Source: a virus | Taxonomy: Duplodnaviria > Caudoviricetes | DNA length: 25,477 bases | Direction: 5' to 3' (one strand) | Virus record (IMG/VR): IMGVR_UViG_3300020042_004399 | Coordinates: 1 to 25,477 of that record | Shown: positions 9,291-17,672 of the stretch, in pieces | Layout: each line of letters starts with the position of its first letter | Numbering within the stretch: position 1 is the first letter of the stretch | Notes under the pieces: generated by a model | Database searches by the model: none | What the model was told of the DNA's origin: nothing | Seen by the model: only the letters and a program-made list of their open reading frames with translations | Made by a program: the position numbers and the translations under genes

Positions 9291-9407
9291 ATGGCTACAA
9301 GGGGACGAAAGAAAGACATGGTAAAACAAAAGATTTACGAAGAAAAGTTTCGTAAGTATTTAGTAAGAAAAGAAAAACAAATAAAGAAGTTGTCGAATGA
9401 AAGTTAA
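9291..9407 (+). CDS. Small basic protein, 38 aa (not in ORF track)
   Basis: MATRGRKKDMVKQKIYEEKFRKYLVRKEKQIKKLSNES*; A-rich leader; overlaps the lysozyme start. Confidence 0.55.
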   Translation: MATRGRKKDMVKQKIYEEKFRKYLVRKEKQIKKLSNES

Positions 9408-9840
9408 CGCAGAAGGATATTCACTAATCAAGAAGTTTGAAGGTTGTCGATTGAAGGCTTATAAGTGTCCTGCTAACGTATGGACGATTGGTTTCGGAAA
9501 CACTTTCTATGAGAACGGCGACCGCGTGAAAGAAGGCGACGTAATCACGCAACAACGCGCTGACGAATTAGCGAAGTTTATCATTGACCAGTTCGCCGTT
9601 TCAATTGCACCGTTCATTTTGCAACCACTCAACGACAACCAATTTAGCGCGTGTGTTTCACTTGCGTACAACATCGGAACAAGTGGGTTCAAACGTTCGT
9701 CTGTATTCAAGAAACTAAACGTCAACCCTAACGACGCAACAATAGCTGATTCTTTCAAACTTTGGAACAAGGGCGGTGGTGTTGTATTGAAAGGTTTGGT
9801 TCGTCGTCGTGAAGCTGAGATACAACTATACTTCAAATGA
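9397..9840 (+). CDS. Endolysin, GH24 phage lysozyme
   Basis: IKKFEG..L.AY.C.A.VWTIGFG (E-x8-C-x5-T triad), YNIG and GLVRRREAE motifs. Confidence 0.92.
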   Translation: MKVNAEGYSLIKKFEGCRLKAYKCPANVWTIGFGNTFYENGDRVKEGDVITQQRADELAKFIIDQFAVSIAPFILQPLNDNQFSACVSLAYNIGTSGFKRSSVFKKLNVNPNDATIADSFKLWNKGGGVVLKGLVRRREAEIQLYFK

Positions 9841-10085
9841 ACACAGAAAACGAAATTACTTTGATACACGAACAATTACAGGGCATGGATAAGAAGATTG
9901 ACCGCATCTACAACGTGTTAATCGGTGACGACCAGATGAAAATTGAAGGTCTTGTTAGCAAGGTACAGAAGCACGACAAGTATATTCAGAACCAACGTCT
10001 TCAAGTCGCTCGATTGAGTGGTATTGCAACCGCTGCTGGTGTTATTGGTGGGTTAATCGTTCAGTTCATTGTCAAAGTTTTATGA
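9837..10085 (+). CDS. Holin/antiholin-like membrane protein
   Basis: Coiled-coil N-terminus plus one C-terminal TM helix; ATGA-coupled to the endolysin. Confidence 0.55.
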   Translation: MNTENEITLIHEQLQGMDKKIDRIYNVLIGDDQMKIEGLVSKVQKHDKYIQNQRLQVARLSGIATAAGVIGGLIVQFIVKVL

Positions 10086-10348
10086 AGGAGTGGTTGGTTT
10101 CGATGTTAAGTAATTGCTCGAAGGTTTCAAGTAAGCGTGTTATTGCTATATTTGTTGTCATTAACCTAATCGTTTTTAGTTATGTGGCTACGTTTACACA
10201 CTACGTTTGTCCTATTGCGATGTACGACACGCTCGCATTGTTGACAGGTGGAATGTTTGGTGGCACTGTGATTGAAAAGTTTACTAAATCAAAAGCAAAT
10301 GACAAAGGAACTAACGACAGCACGACAGATAGCAGCGGAGATATGTAG
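10082..10348 (+). CDS. Putative holin (two TM helices)
   Basis: SSKR motif, two hydrophobic segments and a charged tail; inside the lysis cassette. Confidence 0.6.
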   Translation: MKEWLVSMLSNCSKVSSKRVIAIFVVINLIVFSYVATFTHYVCPIAMYDTLALLTGGMFGGTVIEKFTKSKANDKGTNDSTTDSSGDM

Positions 10349-11300
10349 TAAGTTTTCAGAAACACCTACGCTTACCTTAGCGAAAAAGTTGTTTACTGAA
10401 TATCCTGAAGTCTATAAAGACACCGAACACGCGAGGTCTTTCATTCGCACAATTCGTGGAAAGAATGGCGAATTAAAAAGAAAAACCACAATAGATAAAA
10501 AATTGTTCGAAGAAAAAACACGACCACTCAACCCATTTGCACTTCCAAAGTCGTACGCGAAGAAACGTAGACACGTTGAAGTGAAGGGAACGAAGTTCTT
10601 AATTCTTTGTGATTTGCACTTTCCTTATCAAGACAACGAAGCGATTGAGTGCGCTATAAATGAAGGGATAAAACAGGGGTGTGATTCAATTATTTTGAAC
10701 GGCGACGCATTAGATTGTCACATGATTAGCGACTTCGTTAAAGATCCACGCAAAAGAAAATTCAAAGACGAACTTTATTCTATTCGTCAATTCCTTGCGT
10801 CGCTCAGACACACGTTCCCAAACGCAAACATTTACTACAAAGAAGGTAATCACGAAGAAAGATATTGGAGATATATGAGCATCAAAGCACCTGAGTTATT
10901 CGACATTGACGCGTTCGACTTTCCTTCGCTTACTCATTGCGACAAGCACGACGTGAAATGGATTGACGGAAAGAGCAAATTGAATATCGGTAAGTTATCT
11001 ATCTTTCACGGACACGAATTTGGAAAGCAATTCCTTCCGTCTGTCAACGTAGCGCGTGGTTTATTTATGAAGACTAAGGTGTCCGCTATGTGCGGACATC
11101 ACCACCAAACGGCGGAACATAGCGAACGTGACGCAAATGGTAAGTTCATTACTTGTTGGGGTGTCGCTTGTTTGAGTGAACTTTCGCCCGACTATAACCC
11201 CTATTCCCGTTATAACCACGGATTTGCAATAGTCAACAAAGGTGCGAATGGTGCTTTTAGCGTTCACAATTACAGAATACACGAAGGAAAAATATTATGA
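10299..11300 (+). CDS. Calcineurin-like metallophosphoesterase with N-terminal helical domain
   Basis: Motifs DLH, GD..D, GNHE, HGH and GHHH. ATG 10299 preferred over TTG 10272. Confidence 0.88.
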   Translation: MTKELTTARQIAAEICSKFSETPTLTLAKKLFTEYPEVYKDTEHARSFIRTIRGKNGELKRKTTIDKKLFEEKTRPLNPFALPKSYAKKRRHVEVKGTKFLILCDLHFPYQDNEAIECAINEGIKQGCDSIILNGDALDCHMISDFVKDPRKRKFKDELYSIRQFLASLRHTFPNANIYYKEGNHEERYWRYMSIKAPELFDIDAFDFPSLTHCDKHDVKWIDGKSKLNIGKLSIFHGHEFGKQFLPSVNVARGLFMKTKVSAMCGHHHQTAEHSERDANGKFITCWGVACLSELSPDYNPYSRYNHGFAIVNKGANGAFSVHNYRIHEGKIL

Positions 11301-11872
11301 ACAGAAATATACTCGCAGCAATACTGTTGTTTTTCGGAACATCGATTCTTTGGTTGGTGTTGTGTTGGAACATATGGGGACGAAGTGTTGCAAAAAATGC
11401 AACAACTGAAATTCAAACGCAGGACAGCATTATAAATTACAACGCTGGAGAATACCAAATGCTATTAGAAGAAACACTTGAACTAAAAGAACAACTTACA
11501 TACTATGAAAACTTGCAATCTTCAACCAAAGTCACCTATCGAGTACGTCGTAATAATGTCTTTATTAGGGATACTATTACTCGCATTGATGTTATCACAT
11601 TAGTCAACTCCTGCGATAGCGTTATAGCGTCCGATTCGCTTATAATCAACAACCTCAAAGAACAATTGAACATCGAAGAAAGAAAGATTGACAACTTGCA
11701 AGAAGTGGTCGTTGCTTATGAACAGAAGGAAGATATTTTAACCGAAGAAATAAACACTCTAAACGTTGAAAAGAAAAAGTTAGACAAACAAAAAAAGCGC
11801 AGAAACCGCGCCTTAGTTGTTAGTTCGTCCGTCGCTATTTTGTCGACGTTTGTTCTTGCAATTTTACTTTAG
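11297..11872 (+). CDS. Membrane-anchored coiled-coil protein (spanin-like candidate)
   Basis: N-terminal TM, long coiled coil and second C-terminal TM; last gene of the lysis operon. Confidence 0.5.
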   Translation: MNRNILAAILLFFGTSILWLVLCWNIWGRSVAKNATTEIQTQDSIINYNAGEYQMLLEETLELKEQLTYYENLQSSTKVTYRVRRNNVFIRDTITRIDVITLVNSCDSVIASDSLIINNLKEQLNIEERKIDNLQEVVVAYEQKEDILTEEINTLNVEKKKLDKQKKRRNRALVVSSSVAILSTFVLAILL

Positions 11873-12020
11873 ATTCAGGAATGTAGAACTTCATTGAGAA
11901 CTGGATTGCTTCGCTTAAAAAAATGTTGCGACTATTCTCTCCACGTTTCTCGTCAATCTCGTTCCACAGGTCTTTGTGTAAGTATACACAGATTCCTTTC
12001 TTAGTTTTGCTCTCTGCCAT
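11835..12020 (-). CDS. Ribbon-helix-helix DNA-binding protein
   Basis: 61 aa; ICVYL strand, helix, then SRNIFLSEAI helix. Confidence 0.6.
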   Translation of the reverse strand: MAESKTKKGICVYLHKDLWNEIDEKRGENSRNIFLSEAIQFSMKFYIPESKVKLQEQTSTK

Positions 12021-12228
12021 TTTCTTCGTTGTTTTTAGTCATCATTGAACCTATCATTAAAGCTAAATATATTTTCTCTTTCGCGTTCAAGTCTTTGCGT
12101 TGTGAAAGTTCCAGAAGAATGTCTCCGAGAATCTTGCCTTGTTGAAAGTATGTTGCAATTGAATTAACGATTTCTCGTTCGCGCTCATAAGTCATTTTGA
12201 GCGTTTCGTAAAGTGGTGTGTTTTTCAT
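12001..12228 (-). CDS. Hypothetical protein
   Basis: 75-aa ORF overlapping the next gene, with a promoter-like motif directly upstream. Confidence 0.65.
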   Translation of the reverse strand: MKNTPLYETLKMTYEREREIVNSIATYFQQGKILGDILLELSQRKDLNAKEKIYLALMIGSMMTKNNEENGREQN

Positions 12229-12232
12229 TATG

Positions 12233-12262
12233 CTAAATTATTAAATTGTTTTTATCCTACAA
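12233..12262 (-). promoter_or_regulatory. Promoter-like TTG-N19-TAATTTAG, 4 nt upstream of ATG 12228
   Basis: One mismatch to TAnnTTTG with canonical spacing to TTG (plus-strand CAA at 12260-12262). Confidence 0.45.
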
Positions 12263-13559
12263 CATATTGTCCATAACTTGGATTGAGTTCGAAATACATT
12301 CGCATCATGATAGCGTCTGCAACGTCTGGTGAAATACCTTCGCGGTTCTTGATAACGTCTTTGGGGGTTACCATAAGTTTACCGTCAACGTCTGCGCGGT
12401 GTCGTTTAATCATTTCAAGTTCACGAACGATTTGTTCTTTGCGCGTACTGGATAAGATTGTTATCTTGTTTTCTTCAACGTACTGAGCAAGTTTGTAATA
12501 ACATTCGCTCTTTAAGTTTTGGTATTGCGGGTGCTTTGGTTTTGATCCGTTGACGAACCCCCGACATTTTAAGAAGTCAACCACACCACCACCCACTCCG
12601 TCTTCGTCACATACTACGTCTTGCAATAAAATTGAGTGTTGTTGACAGGTTAAACGAACTTTGTTTACTACTTCGTCCAAAGCGGCACGATTCATTTCAA
12701 TTACGTCAATGATAGTTAGACCTTCCCAAACGCAGATAATCGTTCTATCCTTACCGAAACGAGCAATATCGGCTGTTATGTATTTCTTTCCTTCATTGAT
12801 TACTTCATTGCGGAACATTCGAAGAAGATTCTCCGTTTGAAATAGCTTGTCGCTGTCGTCGTCGAACTCCCAGTTGCCTTCCAAAAGTCTTTTCCTGTCG
12901 TATTCAGGAAGTCTTCTAAGAGATTCAATGTAAGCAACAGGAAGGAACGGATTATCTTGCGGTAACGCTTGAACAAATGCGCGGTGTGAAGGTAGTTCGT
13001 TCCTGTTGTTCTTCATGTAAAACTCATTATACAACCAACCCTTCGACGGATTGCAAGACAAGAAACCTTTTGGAATTAACCCGAACTCGTTCAATTTGTA
13101 ACGGCATCTGGAGTGAACAATGCTGACCGCCTTTGCGGTTACTTCGGAGCATTCGTCTATAAAGTAGTCTGTGATTTCTAACGAACCAAGACTATTGAAG
13201 TTAACGTCCGAAGGGTAAGCGAATAAGTCTTTCAATACTATCTCACTTCCGTTGAAGAATTTTATCACGTTGGATTGTCCGTTGAAGGTGTAGTGTTTAT
13301 TCGCTATCAATCCAAACTCCTCAGCGGTTTCAAAGAACGTGTTTAAGGTCGTCTTTTTCAAAGTGTCTAATTTGCTACGTCCAATTAACGAACGTGTCCC
13401 TGCGTACTTCAAACGACGCTGTATCTGCCACATACAACCGAACTTCGTCTTACCACCTCCTGCCGCACCACCATAAAGAACTTGTTCAACAATGCTATCG
13501 GTGTTCAAGTAATTTAACGCTTCGATTTGACGCGGCAGGTAGTTTGGTTTGTATGCCAA
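12252..13559 (-). CDS. terL: Terminase large subunit
   Basis: Walker A GGAAGGGKT, Walker B FIDECSE, coupling motif SCNP, nuclease motifs ADIARFGKD and SPDVADA; TTG start. Confidence 0.92.
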   Translation of the reverse strand: MAYKPNYLPRQIEALNYLNTDSIVEQVLYGGAAGGGKTKFGCMWQIQRRLKYAGTRSLIGRSKLDTLKKTTLNTFFETAEEFGLIANKHYTFNGQSNVIKFFNGSEIVLKDLFAYPSDVNFNSLGSLEITDYFIDECSEVTAKAVSIVHSRCRYKLNEFGLIPKGFLSCNPSKGWLYNEFYMKNNRNELPSHRAFVQALPQDNPFLPVAYIESLRRLPEYDRKRLLEGNWEFDDDSDKLFQTENLLRMFRNEVINEGKKYITADIARFGKDRTIICVWEGLTIIDVIEMNRAALDEVVNKVRLTCQQHSILLQDVVCDEDGVGGGVVDFLKCRGFVNGSKPKHPQYQNLKSECYYKLAQYVEENKITILSSTRKEQIVRELEMIKRHRADVDGKLMVTPKDVIKNREGISPDVADAIMMRMYFELNPSYGQYVVG

Positions 13560-13564
13560 AATAA

Positions 13565-13717
13565 TTACTTACTTTTTTTAAGCTGGCTTAAATACCAAGA
13601 TACCGATTTACGGTTTACTTTGTTTTCCTGGCCTTCAGATAATTGATTGCAAATTTCAGTTAAAGACTTATTGTCTTTGTTAAGCTCCATTAGGCGCTGT
13701 TTAAGGGATTGTTTCAT
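13565..13717 (-). CDS. Small HTH-like protein, 50 aa (not in ORF track)
   Basis: MKQSLKQRLMELNKDNKSLTEICNQLSEGQENKVNRKSVSWYLSQLKKSK*; ATGA overlap with the TS-family stop. Confidence 0.6.
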   Translation of the reverse strand: MKQSLKQRLMELNKDNKSLTEICNQLSEGQENKVNRKSVSWYLSQLKKSK

Positions 13718-14349
13718 GTGTTTAAGCTAAATTTATATGGTTGATAATTAATTACATTTTTAGTGCTTTGTATGTTGTTTGAATATATATGTGCATTGCC
13801 AATAAAGAAAGTAATACTATTCAATGGCAAATCAATTTTTTTTGCTAAAACATACATTTGATAAATGTCAGACGGCAAACCTAAATTGCTGTCTGCGCTT
13901 CTTTGATAAACAGTTAAGTCTAATTTGTTATTGCAAATTTGAAATTGTATAAGGGATAAACAAGGCAGCTGATTTGTTTCAACTTCAGAATCTCCTATAA
14001 ACAAAACATAATTTTTTGAATTTCTTTTTTCTAGGTTTATTTTATCAATCAGCTTTGGCAGCTTCTTAAAATATTGCGGATAGGAGCCAACAAATTTTGG
14101 CAAGCAATAATCCCACCAGTGTATACCTTGATCTTTATATTTTGCAATATCGTCTTCGCCTTGCATATAAAGGTCTAATTCAATTTCTAATTTTTGTTTG
14201 GCAACTTTGTATTCATTAAATAAGCTTATTAATTCTTGCTCGCTCAAAGAAATTGATTGATTTATTAAAAACTTAATATCACCTTTTTTATTTTTTTGCA
14301 ATTCGCCATTTTCTAGGATTGACTTCAGAAGTGTGAAATATTTATTCAT
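13714..14349 (-). CDS. Thymidylate synthase-family enzyme, divergent, probably dCMP-directed
   Basis: LPC130, QFQ, YQRSAD, LGLPSD161 and GNAHIY motifs; Asp at the E. coli ThyA Asn177-equivalent position. Confidence 0.85.
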   Translation of the reverse strand: MNKYFTLLKSILENGELQKNKKGDIKFLINQSISLSEQELISLFNEYKVAKQKLEIELDLYMQGEDDIAKYKDQGIHWWDYCLPKFVGSYPQYFKKLPKLIDKINLEKRNSKNYVLFIGDSEVETNQLPCLSLIQFQICNNKLDLTVYQRSADSNLGLPSDIYQMYVLAKKIDLPLNSITFFIGNAHIYSNNIQSTKNVINYQPYKFSLNT

Positions 14350-14367
14350 AATGCTAAGATAATAATT

Positions 14368-15132
14368 TTATGCTAAAATTTGTTTTTTTAAGTATAATTT
14401 GTACAACTCACGCATACCTTCAAAGCGAATCGATTCCTTCAGCAACATTCTTTTGCGGTCGCTCATGCGCTCAACCATTGATTGAACTAGCTGTTGTTCG
14501 AAGTAAATGTTTTTCTTTGCGTTTGCTTTGCACAACCTGTATTCTTCTTCTGTAAAGGTGTCAGTGGTTATGATTTTACTTTCTTCGAGCCAACGCATAA
14601 GCGACACTGCCCGAATCTCAATGACCGTATATTTTCCTTTCTTATAATTGTGTAAGTCTTCTGCTAACATTCTTCTCCAGCTGTCGTCGTTTATCGCCAT
14701 TTCTTTTTCTTTTAATTGTTTGTTTTGTTCTTCTTTTGATTCTGCAATCTCTCTCTGAATTTGCAGATTTGCTTTATCGCGATGTGGTTTGTAAGCAGTT
14801 AACACGTCACCAATAAACGACACACTCAAAGCTCCAAAGTGTTCGCATTTCTTTGACAGTTCATTCGCAGCGTTCAATTCAAACGCAAGGTTAAAGTGTT
14901 CAAACGTCACCCACCGAAAATGCTTACCAATGAACTCATGCAACATTTGCAACAGTTGTGCCTCTGGAAGCGCGATGCCGTACATAGCGCAAACCTTTGA
15001 GCATAACTTTACGAACGCAGGTAGTTCGTAGTCGGCAACGAACGCGCTTTCACGCTCTGCACGATCAATCCTTTGTATAGTTGTGAGCGTCGTTGTAGAT
15101 GCGTTGCGCAGCATCGGAATCGAATTTTCCAT
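14368..15132 (-). CDS. Hypothetical replication-module protein (possible helicase loader)
   Basis: 254-aa helical ORF overlapping the initiator-like gene; function inferred from position only. Confidence 0.5.
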   Translation of the reverse strand: MENSIPMLRNASTTTLTTIQRIDRAERESAFVADYELPAFVKLCSKVCAMYGIALPEAQLLQMLHEFIGKHFRWVTFEHFNLAFELNAANELSKKCEHFGALSVSFIGDVLTAYKPHRDKANLQIQREIAESKEEQNKQLKEKEMAINDDSWRRMLAEDLHNYKKGKYTVIEIRAVSLMRWLEESKIITTDTFTEEEYRLCKANAKKNIYFEQQLVQSMVERMSDRKRMLLKESIRFEGMRELYKLYLKKQILA

Positions 15133-15490
15133 TTTTGATTTTAGTGTTTTGTTGGTTTGTAGTTACAAAGGTAGACAAGTCCCACTTACGCACCGCTGCC
15201 TTCCAGTCCTTCATTTGATTGCGTCCAACCTTCCAACCGTTCGCTTCGTAGTGTGCATGAAATTTCTCAGTGAACTTCAGCGCGTCGTCGTTGCTTAGTT
15301 TCTCACAGGCGTAGTCGAAGATTTCAACAACCGTTGGTTTCTTAAATGGCGACTTCTTTTCTTTTGCGATTAGCGTTGGTGCGCTTGGAACGGACAAGCG
15401 AATAAGTATGTCGTTTATCTTTTGTTCTTGTTCCTTTATTTGCGCTTCGAGAATCTCGATTCTCTTTTTGAGTTGTAAAATTAACATCAT
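15065..15490 (-). CDS. Replication initiator C-terminal-domain protein
   Basis: FKKPT..EI..Y...KF..HYEANGWKVGRN.MKDWKAAVRKW motif as in Bacteroidota phage initiators, preceded by a short coiled coil. Confidence 0.6.
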   Translation of the reverse strand: MMLILQLKKRIEILEAQIKEQEQKINDILIRLSVPSAPTLIAKEKKSPFKKPTVVEIFDYACEKLSNDDALKFTEKFHAHYEANGWKVGRNQMKDWKAAVRKWDLSTFVTTNQQNTKIKNGKFDSDAAQRIYNDAHNYTKD

Positions 15491-15505
15491 GTTTTTGTTT
15501 TTTAG

Positions 15506-15706
15506 TTAGTCCCAACCTTCGCCTTTGTAATCGTCCGCGTCGTCCCATTCTTGACAATCGGAACAAAGTTCAATCTCTCCGTCTTCGTCAATTAGTTTGT
15601 AACCATCTTCGTACTCCGCAAGTTGTTGGTCTTCGACTACTTCAGCCACTCTGGAGTGCATCAATTCCTCGTCGCAGTTTGGGCAAAATGTTAAATCTGA
15701 TTTCAT
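15506..15706 (-). CDS. Small acidic Zn-finger-like protein
   Basis: CPNC...CSDC; 4-nt overlap with the upstream gene. Confidence 0.6.
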   Translation of the reverse strand: MKSDLTFCPNCDEELMHSRVAEVVEDQQLAEYEDGYKLIDEDGEIELCSDCQEWDDADDYKGEGWD

Positions 15707-16233
15707 TTCTTTAGTTGTTTTTTAAGTTTGATTTCTTTTTGATGTTCTAAGTGGTCGACAAATTTAGTATAAAATTTCATAGGTTTAGCATAACCCATAT
15801 CATTTAAGATAAAACAAATACGTTCAACATTGGCAGCGTAGTTCTTATCACACTCTATCTGCCAGCTTACTTGCTTTACTCCGTGCATAACGGTAGCGTG
15901 ATCCTTGCCGTAATGCTTCCCAATTGATTCATAACTTTGAAGATAGCAGGGACGGATAAGAAAGAATATTACTTGTCGTGCGGTTACTATGTCGCGTCGT
16001 CTTGTTGGTGTGTACAATTGCTGCGAAGGTATTCCAAGAACAGAACAAGTAATATCTTCGAGCGCTGACCAAAACATTTCACGTTCGTTCTCCAGTTCCT
16101 GTTGAATCTTTATTTGCTGCGTCGTTAATCTTTCGTATCGTGGTGTTAACATCAACCACAATGTTTCGAAGCGTTCCATATGCCTGAAAGGAATCATGTC
16201 AATCATCTCTTGTCTAATCTGCTCGTTAGTCAT
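15703..16233 (-). CDS. DnaA C-terminal (domain IV) HTH protein
   Basis: RRRDIVTARQ...SYESIGKHYGKDHATVMHG matches the DnaA domain IV signature. Confidence 0.8.
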   Translation of the reverse strand: MTNEQIRQEMIDMIPFRHMERFETLWLMLTPRYERLTTQQIKIQQELENEREMFWSALEDITCSVLGIPSQQLYTPTRRRDIVTARQVIFFLIRPCYLQSYESIGKHYGKDHATVMHGVKQVSWQIECDKNYAANVERICFILNDMGYAKPMKFYTKFVDHLEHQKEIKLKKQLKK

Positions 16234-16465
16234 TTTCTTCGTTTATTAATTTGGTTGGTGTAAAGGTGCTAAATACTTCTTCGCGAGACAATCCTGTGTG
16301 AAGACAAATGTTGTTGAAGTCTTTGATTCTCATTCGCTCTGGATGTGTAACGTAAAGTCGTGCTGTTGGATCGCTGATGCGTAACACGTTCTTAAAGTTA
16401 GCCATTGTCTTGAAGTTAATCTTAACAAGGCGACCGAACGGAGTTGAATATATTTGCTTGTTCAT
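16226..16465 (-). CDS. Putative HTH (Cro/XRE-like) regulator
   Basis: 79 aa; F.NVLRIS.PTA..Y...P pattern. Confidence 0.5.
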   Translation of the reverse strand: MNKQIYSTPFGRLVKINFKTMANFKNVLRISDPTARLYVTHPERMRIKDFNNICLHTGLSREEVFSTFTPTKLINEEND

Positions 16466-16476
16466 AGTTTTTATTA

Positions 16477-16830
16477 TTAAAGAAAAGATACTTGACCATT
16501 ATCAGGGTTTACATTCATATACTGACCGCCTTCTTCGTTTCTTAATTTTCTAAATTCAAATTTATTAATATGTTGAGGGTATTTTTCAATAAAGAATCTT
16601 GCGTAATAAGATTGGTAAGCATCGTTTATCTTAAAGTTTTTGTCCGAACTTTCTAAAAACTCGTGCCATCTTATCCAGTTGATTATCAATTTTGCGCTTA
16701 TCTTGTCCCTTCCTTTCTTTATAGCTTTCCACGCTTGGTCTTCAAACGCTTCGAAAATATGAGGGTTTTCTTTATTGAACTTGTTAAACCCTTCTCGAAT
16801 TGAATATCCGTTTAATTCTTTGTAGTTCAT
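16477..16830 (-). CDS. Hypothetical phage protein
   Basis: 117 aa; NPHIF..F, IRW and FKIND...YYAR pattern; strong A/C-rich leader. Confidence 0.7.
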   Translation of the reverse strand: MNYKELNGYSIREGFNKFNKENPHIFEAFEDQAWKAIKKGRDKISAKLIINWIRWHEFLESSDKNFKINDAYQSYYARFFIEKYPQHINKFEFRKLRNEEGGQYMNVNPDNGQVSFL

Positions 16831-16854
16831 TTGATTGTTTGGTTTTAAGATTAA

Positions 16855-16878
16855 GAGAGGGTATATTTCAACCCTCTC
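16855..16878 (-). terminator. Stem-loop downstream of SSB-like gene
   Basis: Perfect 8-bp stem GAGAGGGT/ACCCTCTC with an 8-nt loop; only a weak U-tract on the minus strand. Confidence 0.5.
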
Positions 16879-16886
16879 ATATTAAT

Positions 16887-17672
16887 TTAGAACGGCATAT
16901 CGTCCGTGTCGTCCGTTGACTCAACTAAACCGCTTTGTTCCAGCATTGCTTTCGCTTTGTTGATTTGGTCGGCTGCACGATCTAAACGTTGGCTAAACTC
17001 AGCAGACGAACTCACTTTGTTTTGTAGCCACTCTGGTAGCATCTTAAAACGCAAGTCGAAGTCTTCGCTGTCGTAGTCTAAAAGAAACGCTGCGTTCACC
17101 TGAGGAGGACAAGTCATTCCTTTTGCAAGTGGCGACGCTCCCTTCAAGTCAGCATAGTTGCGCCCTGTGTTCGCTGTGCGGTGCATTACGCTCACCATTG
17201 CTTCTTTGCCTAACAAAGTACCAATGTCGAATTTGTTTGCTTCAGCATCGCTCATTGCCTTACCTAACCATGATTGAACGAAGGCTCGTAAGCCACTCTT
17301 TTCGTGCATTGATAAAGTGAAGTCGCGTCCGATTGAGAATGGTTGTTCACCTTTACCAAAGTCAGCCGTTTCAAGGGGTAGTTCGAATACCAAACGCACC
17401 TTGTCTACAAGTCTGTCTTCTCCTTGAAAAGTGTCAGGAATAGTTCCTATGTGAATGATTTGGTAGCAACGTGCTACGTGTGTTCCTGCGGGTACTGTTT
17501 GTCCTCCGCCGTTGTTTGTTTGTTGGGCAATGATGCTCATGTTGTTGTTGTTTATTTGTTGTTGATTTATATAAGATTCAAATTTGTTTGCGAGTTTCGC
17601 TTCTTCATTTTGCCAGAACCATTCGTTCTCAGACATTTGTTCTTCCTCGCTTATTCGTTTATGATAACCCAT
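16887..17672 (-). CDS. Single-stranded DNA-binding protein-like; core likely starts at ATG 17540
   Basis: PAGTHVARC...G N-terminal motif, OB-fold-like core and acidic DDTDDMPF C-terminal tip. Confidence 0.7.
   Translation of the reverse strand: MGYHKRISEEEQMSENEWFWQNEEAKLANKFESYINQQQINNNNMSIIAQQTNNGGGQTVPAGTHVARCYQIIHIGTIPDTFQGEDRLVDKVRLVFELPLETADFGKGEQPFSIGRDFTLSMHEKSGLRAFVQSWLGKAMSDAEANKFDIGTLLGKEAMVSVMHRTANTGRNYADLKGASPLAKGMTCPPQVNAAFLLDYDSEDFDLRFKMLPEWLQNKVSSSAEFSQRLDRAADQINKAKAMLEQSGLVESTDDTDDMPF

Noticed and set aside
9507-9875. 122-aa minus-strand ORF
   Set aside because: Antisense to the lysozyme.
13714-14349. Calling the gene thyA
   Set aside because: The substrate-specifying Asn and several conserved Arg/His residues differ, so the symbol was withheld.
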